The position numbers and the translations under genes were made by a program. A stretch of DNA of 64,000 nucleotides, from assembly GCA_046045965.1 (NCBI GenBank), contig JBJOKS010000020.1, forward strand, positions 32,001 through 96,000, given 5' to 3'. The notes below the pieces were generated by a model. The model saw only the letters and a list, made by a program, of their open reading frames with translations. It was not told the origin of the DNA and did not search any database. Positions 62,081-64,000 of the stretch are shown one piece after another. How positions within the stretch are numbered: position 1 is the first letter of the stretch; every line of letters starts with the position of its first letter. This stretch comes from Cyanobacteriota bacterium. Its GTDB lineage: Bacteria; Cyanobacteriota; Cyanobacteriia; Cyanobacteriales; Nostocaceae.

Positions 62081-62899
62081 TTATCTTTCCAACAATGGGA
62101 AAAAATGTCCTACTGGTCCTTGTCCTTTCCCAATATCCAAAGAATAAGTTAGTGCAGTTGTTACATATTCCTTCGCTTCTTGTACCGCAGTCCACAAATC
62201 TTTACCTAAAGCTAAATTAGCAGTAATGGCAGCTGATAAAGTACAACCAGTCCCATGAGTATTTTTTGTCTCCACCTGTTTTGTCCTCAAAACTTCCAAC
62301 CTTTCCCCATCAAACCAAACATCAACCCCTCTCAACTCTCCAGACATTCCCCCACCCTTAACTAAAACCGCTTTTGTACCTAAATTTTTGTGTATGCTTT
62401 GAGCAGCAGTTTGCATATCTTCTAAACAAGCAATCTCCAACCCGCTTAAAATCTGCGCTTCATAACGATTTGGTGTAATAATAGCCGCTTGGGGAATCAA
62501 TTCATCACGCAAAGTTTGGACAGCATCATTATCAATTAACTGCGCTCCCGTTCGTGATACCATCACCGGATCTACCACCAAATTCTCAATTTGTAAAACT
62601 CTCACTTCCTGCGCTACAGTCGAGATAATTTCCTGATTGAGTAACATTCCCGTTTTTGCAGCTTGTACACCCATATCTTCAACTACCGCCCGAATTTGGG
62701 CTATAACAGCCTCTGAAGGCATGGCATCGACCCGGACTACACCTAGAGTATTTTGGGCTGTAATGCAAGTAATAGCACTGGTTCCGTGAACACAGTGAAA
62801 AGCAAAAGTTCTTAAATCAGTTTGAATACCCGCACCTCCTCCACTATCAGAACCAGCAATAGTTAAAGCTATAGGTATTAATGTATTCTTAGTTATCAT
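62081..62899 (-). CDS. thiD: Hydroxymethylpyrimidine/phosphomethylpyrimidine kinase
   Basis: IAGSDSGGGAGIQ, DPVM, TPN..EA, HGTGC. Confidence 0.96.
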   Translation of the reverse strand: MITKNTLIPIALTIAGSDSGGGAGIQTDLRTFAFHCVHGTSAITCITAQNTLGVVRVDAMPSEAVIAQIRAVVEDMGVQAAKTGMLLNQEIISTVAQEVRVLQIENLVVDPVMVSRTGAQLIDNDAVQTLRDELIPQAAIITPNRYEAQILSGLEIACLEDMQTAAQSIHKNLGTKAVLVKGGGMSGELRGVDVWFDGERLEVLRTKQVETKNTHGTGCTLSAAITANLALGKDLWTAVQEAKEYVTTALTYSLDIGKGQGPVGHFFPLLER

Positions 62900-62939
62900 T
62901 ATCTTTCAGCCTCAATATCAAAAACACATATTAAACACA

Positions 62940-63081
62940 TATAGGACTCCTATTTGATATTGAACAAGAATCAGTACACGCTGAAACCCTTCTTTTCTGT
63001 TCCCTGTTCCCTGTTCCCTGTTCCCTGTTCCCTGTTCCCTACCCACACAAATAAATTCAAAAATCAAACCGGATTACTATA
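62940..63081. mobile_element. TA-ended MITE-like element containing a (TGTTCCC)n STRR
   Basis: Imperfect TIRs TATAGGACTCCTATTTGA / TCAAACCGGATTACTATA; a lone related end at about 61946. Confidence 0.6.
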
Positions 63082-63095
63082 TATATTACTGTTTT

Positions 63096-64000
63096 ATGTC
63101 CAATCAATCCCATGATGAGGAAATTGCCTTTTTACGCCAGCGCGTTTCTGAACTTGAAAAAGCCTTAGAAGATAAAAACAAATTACAGCAAGAACTAGAA
63201 GAATCTGAACGTAAAAATAGAGAACTAGCAGAAACCTTAAAAAACACTAAAGAAAAATCTGCACTTTACAAAATGATTCTTGATACAACAGTAGATTTAA
63301 TCTTTGTTAAAGATACAAATTATCGTTATTTATTAGTAAATAATACCTTAGCTAATTCACTGGGTAAAACAGCCGAAGAAATTATTGGCAAAGATGATAT
63401 AGAACTTAATACTCCCGCTGAGTTAGTATTTGGTAATCCTGATAAAAACATTCGCGGTTTTCGCACAGATGATCAACTTGTGATTGCAGGTGAAACCATT
63501 CATAACCCTTATGATCCTGCACCAACTTGTGATGGTAACTTACATATTTTAGATACGAAAAAAATGCCTTTACGTAATAACAAAGGAGAAATTTTTGGAC
63601 TACTAGGCGTTGCTAGGGATATTACAGATCGTCATCAAGCCGAAGCAGAATTGAGACAATCAGAAGCTCAACTTAGACAGCGCACATTAGAATTAGAAGA
63701 AACTCTCAAACAACTTAAACACACCCAATCCCAACTTATTCACAGTGAAAAAATGTCCTCTTTAGGTCAATTAGTAGCCGGAGTTGCCCATGAAATTAAT
63801 AACCCCATTAACTTCATCTATGGTAACTTAATTCATGCTAATAAATATATTCAAGATTTATTAAATCTGCTGTTAATTTACCAAAAAAACTATACAGAAA
63901 CAGTACCCGAAATTCGTGAACAATCTCAAATGATTGAACTGGAATTTTTACAAACAGACTTACCAAAACTGATATCTTCTATGCAAGTCGGTGCAGAACG
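63096..64000 (+). CDS. PAS/PAC sensor histidine kinase, 3' end runs off the window
   Basis: Not in the ORF track; translated by hand: IFVKD..RY..VN PAS domain, G..RDITDR, H-box [15 protein letters not shown]. Confidence 0.9.
   Translation, partial: MSNQSHDEEIAFLRQRVSELEKALEDKNKLQQELEESERKNRELAETLKNTKEKSALYKMILDTTVDLIFVKDTNYRYLLVNNTLANSLGKTAEEIIGKDDIELNTPAELVFGNPDKNIRGFRTDDQLVIAGETIHNPYDPAPTCDGNLHILDTKKMPLRNNKGEIFGLLGVARDITDRHQAEAELRQSEAQLRQRTLELEETLKQLKHTQSQLIHSEKMSSLGQLVAGVAHEINNPINFIYGNLIHANKYIQDLLNLLLIYQKNYTETVPEIREQSQMIELEFLQTDLPKLISSMQVGAE

Noticed and set aside
62900..63095. TPP riboswitch upstream of thiD
   Set aside because: No CTGAGA or CCTGA..GGATAATGCC core; the region is a MITE-like repeat.

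Overview
64 kb of AT-rich chromosome from a filamentous heterocystous cyanobacterium (Nostocales-like, inferred from HIP1 GCGATCGC octamers, heptamer STRR tracts, and argZ/ntrC/pilA-ogtA content). Housekeeping genes (ntrC, pyrG, argZ, ubiD, dnaK, hspA, murT/gatD, thiD) alternate with accessory patches. These include a pilA-ogtA locus with four SAM methyltransferases and a shared alternative-sigma-type promoter motif, and a tandem amidase duplication with one degenerate copy. Two candidate defence regions stand out: a Schlafen/AlbA_2 + ABC-ATPase + TOPRIM (DUF4435-like) island, and a vWA gene divergent from a membrane kinase - HGT-motif ADP-ribosyltransferase-like - Rpn-tail/antitoxin - MazF run. 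There is also a ParDE-like module, several gene remnants (C5-methyltransferase, alkaline phosphatase, AAA_35-like) and many REP/MITE-like elements. No rRNA, tRNA, CRISPR array, integrase or transposase was seen. All family calls come from motif recognition by eye, not from database searches.
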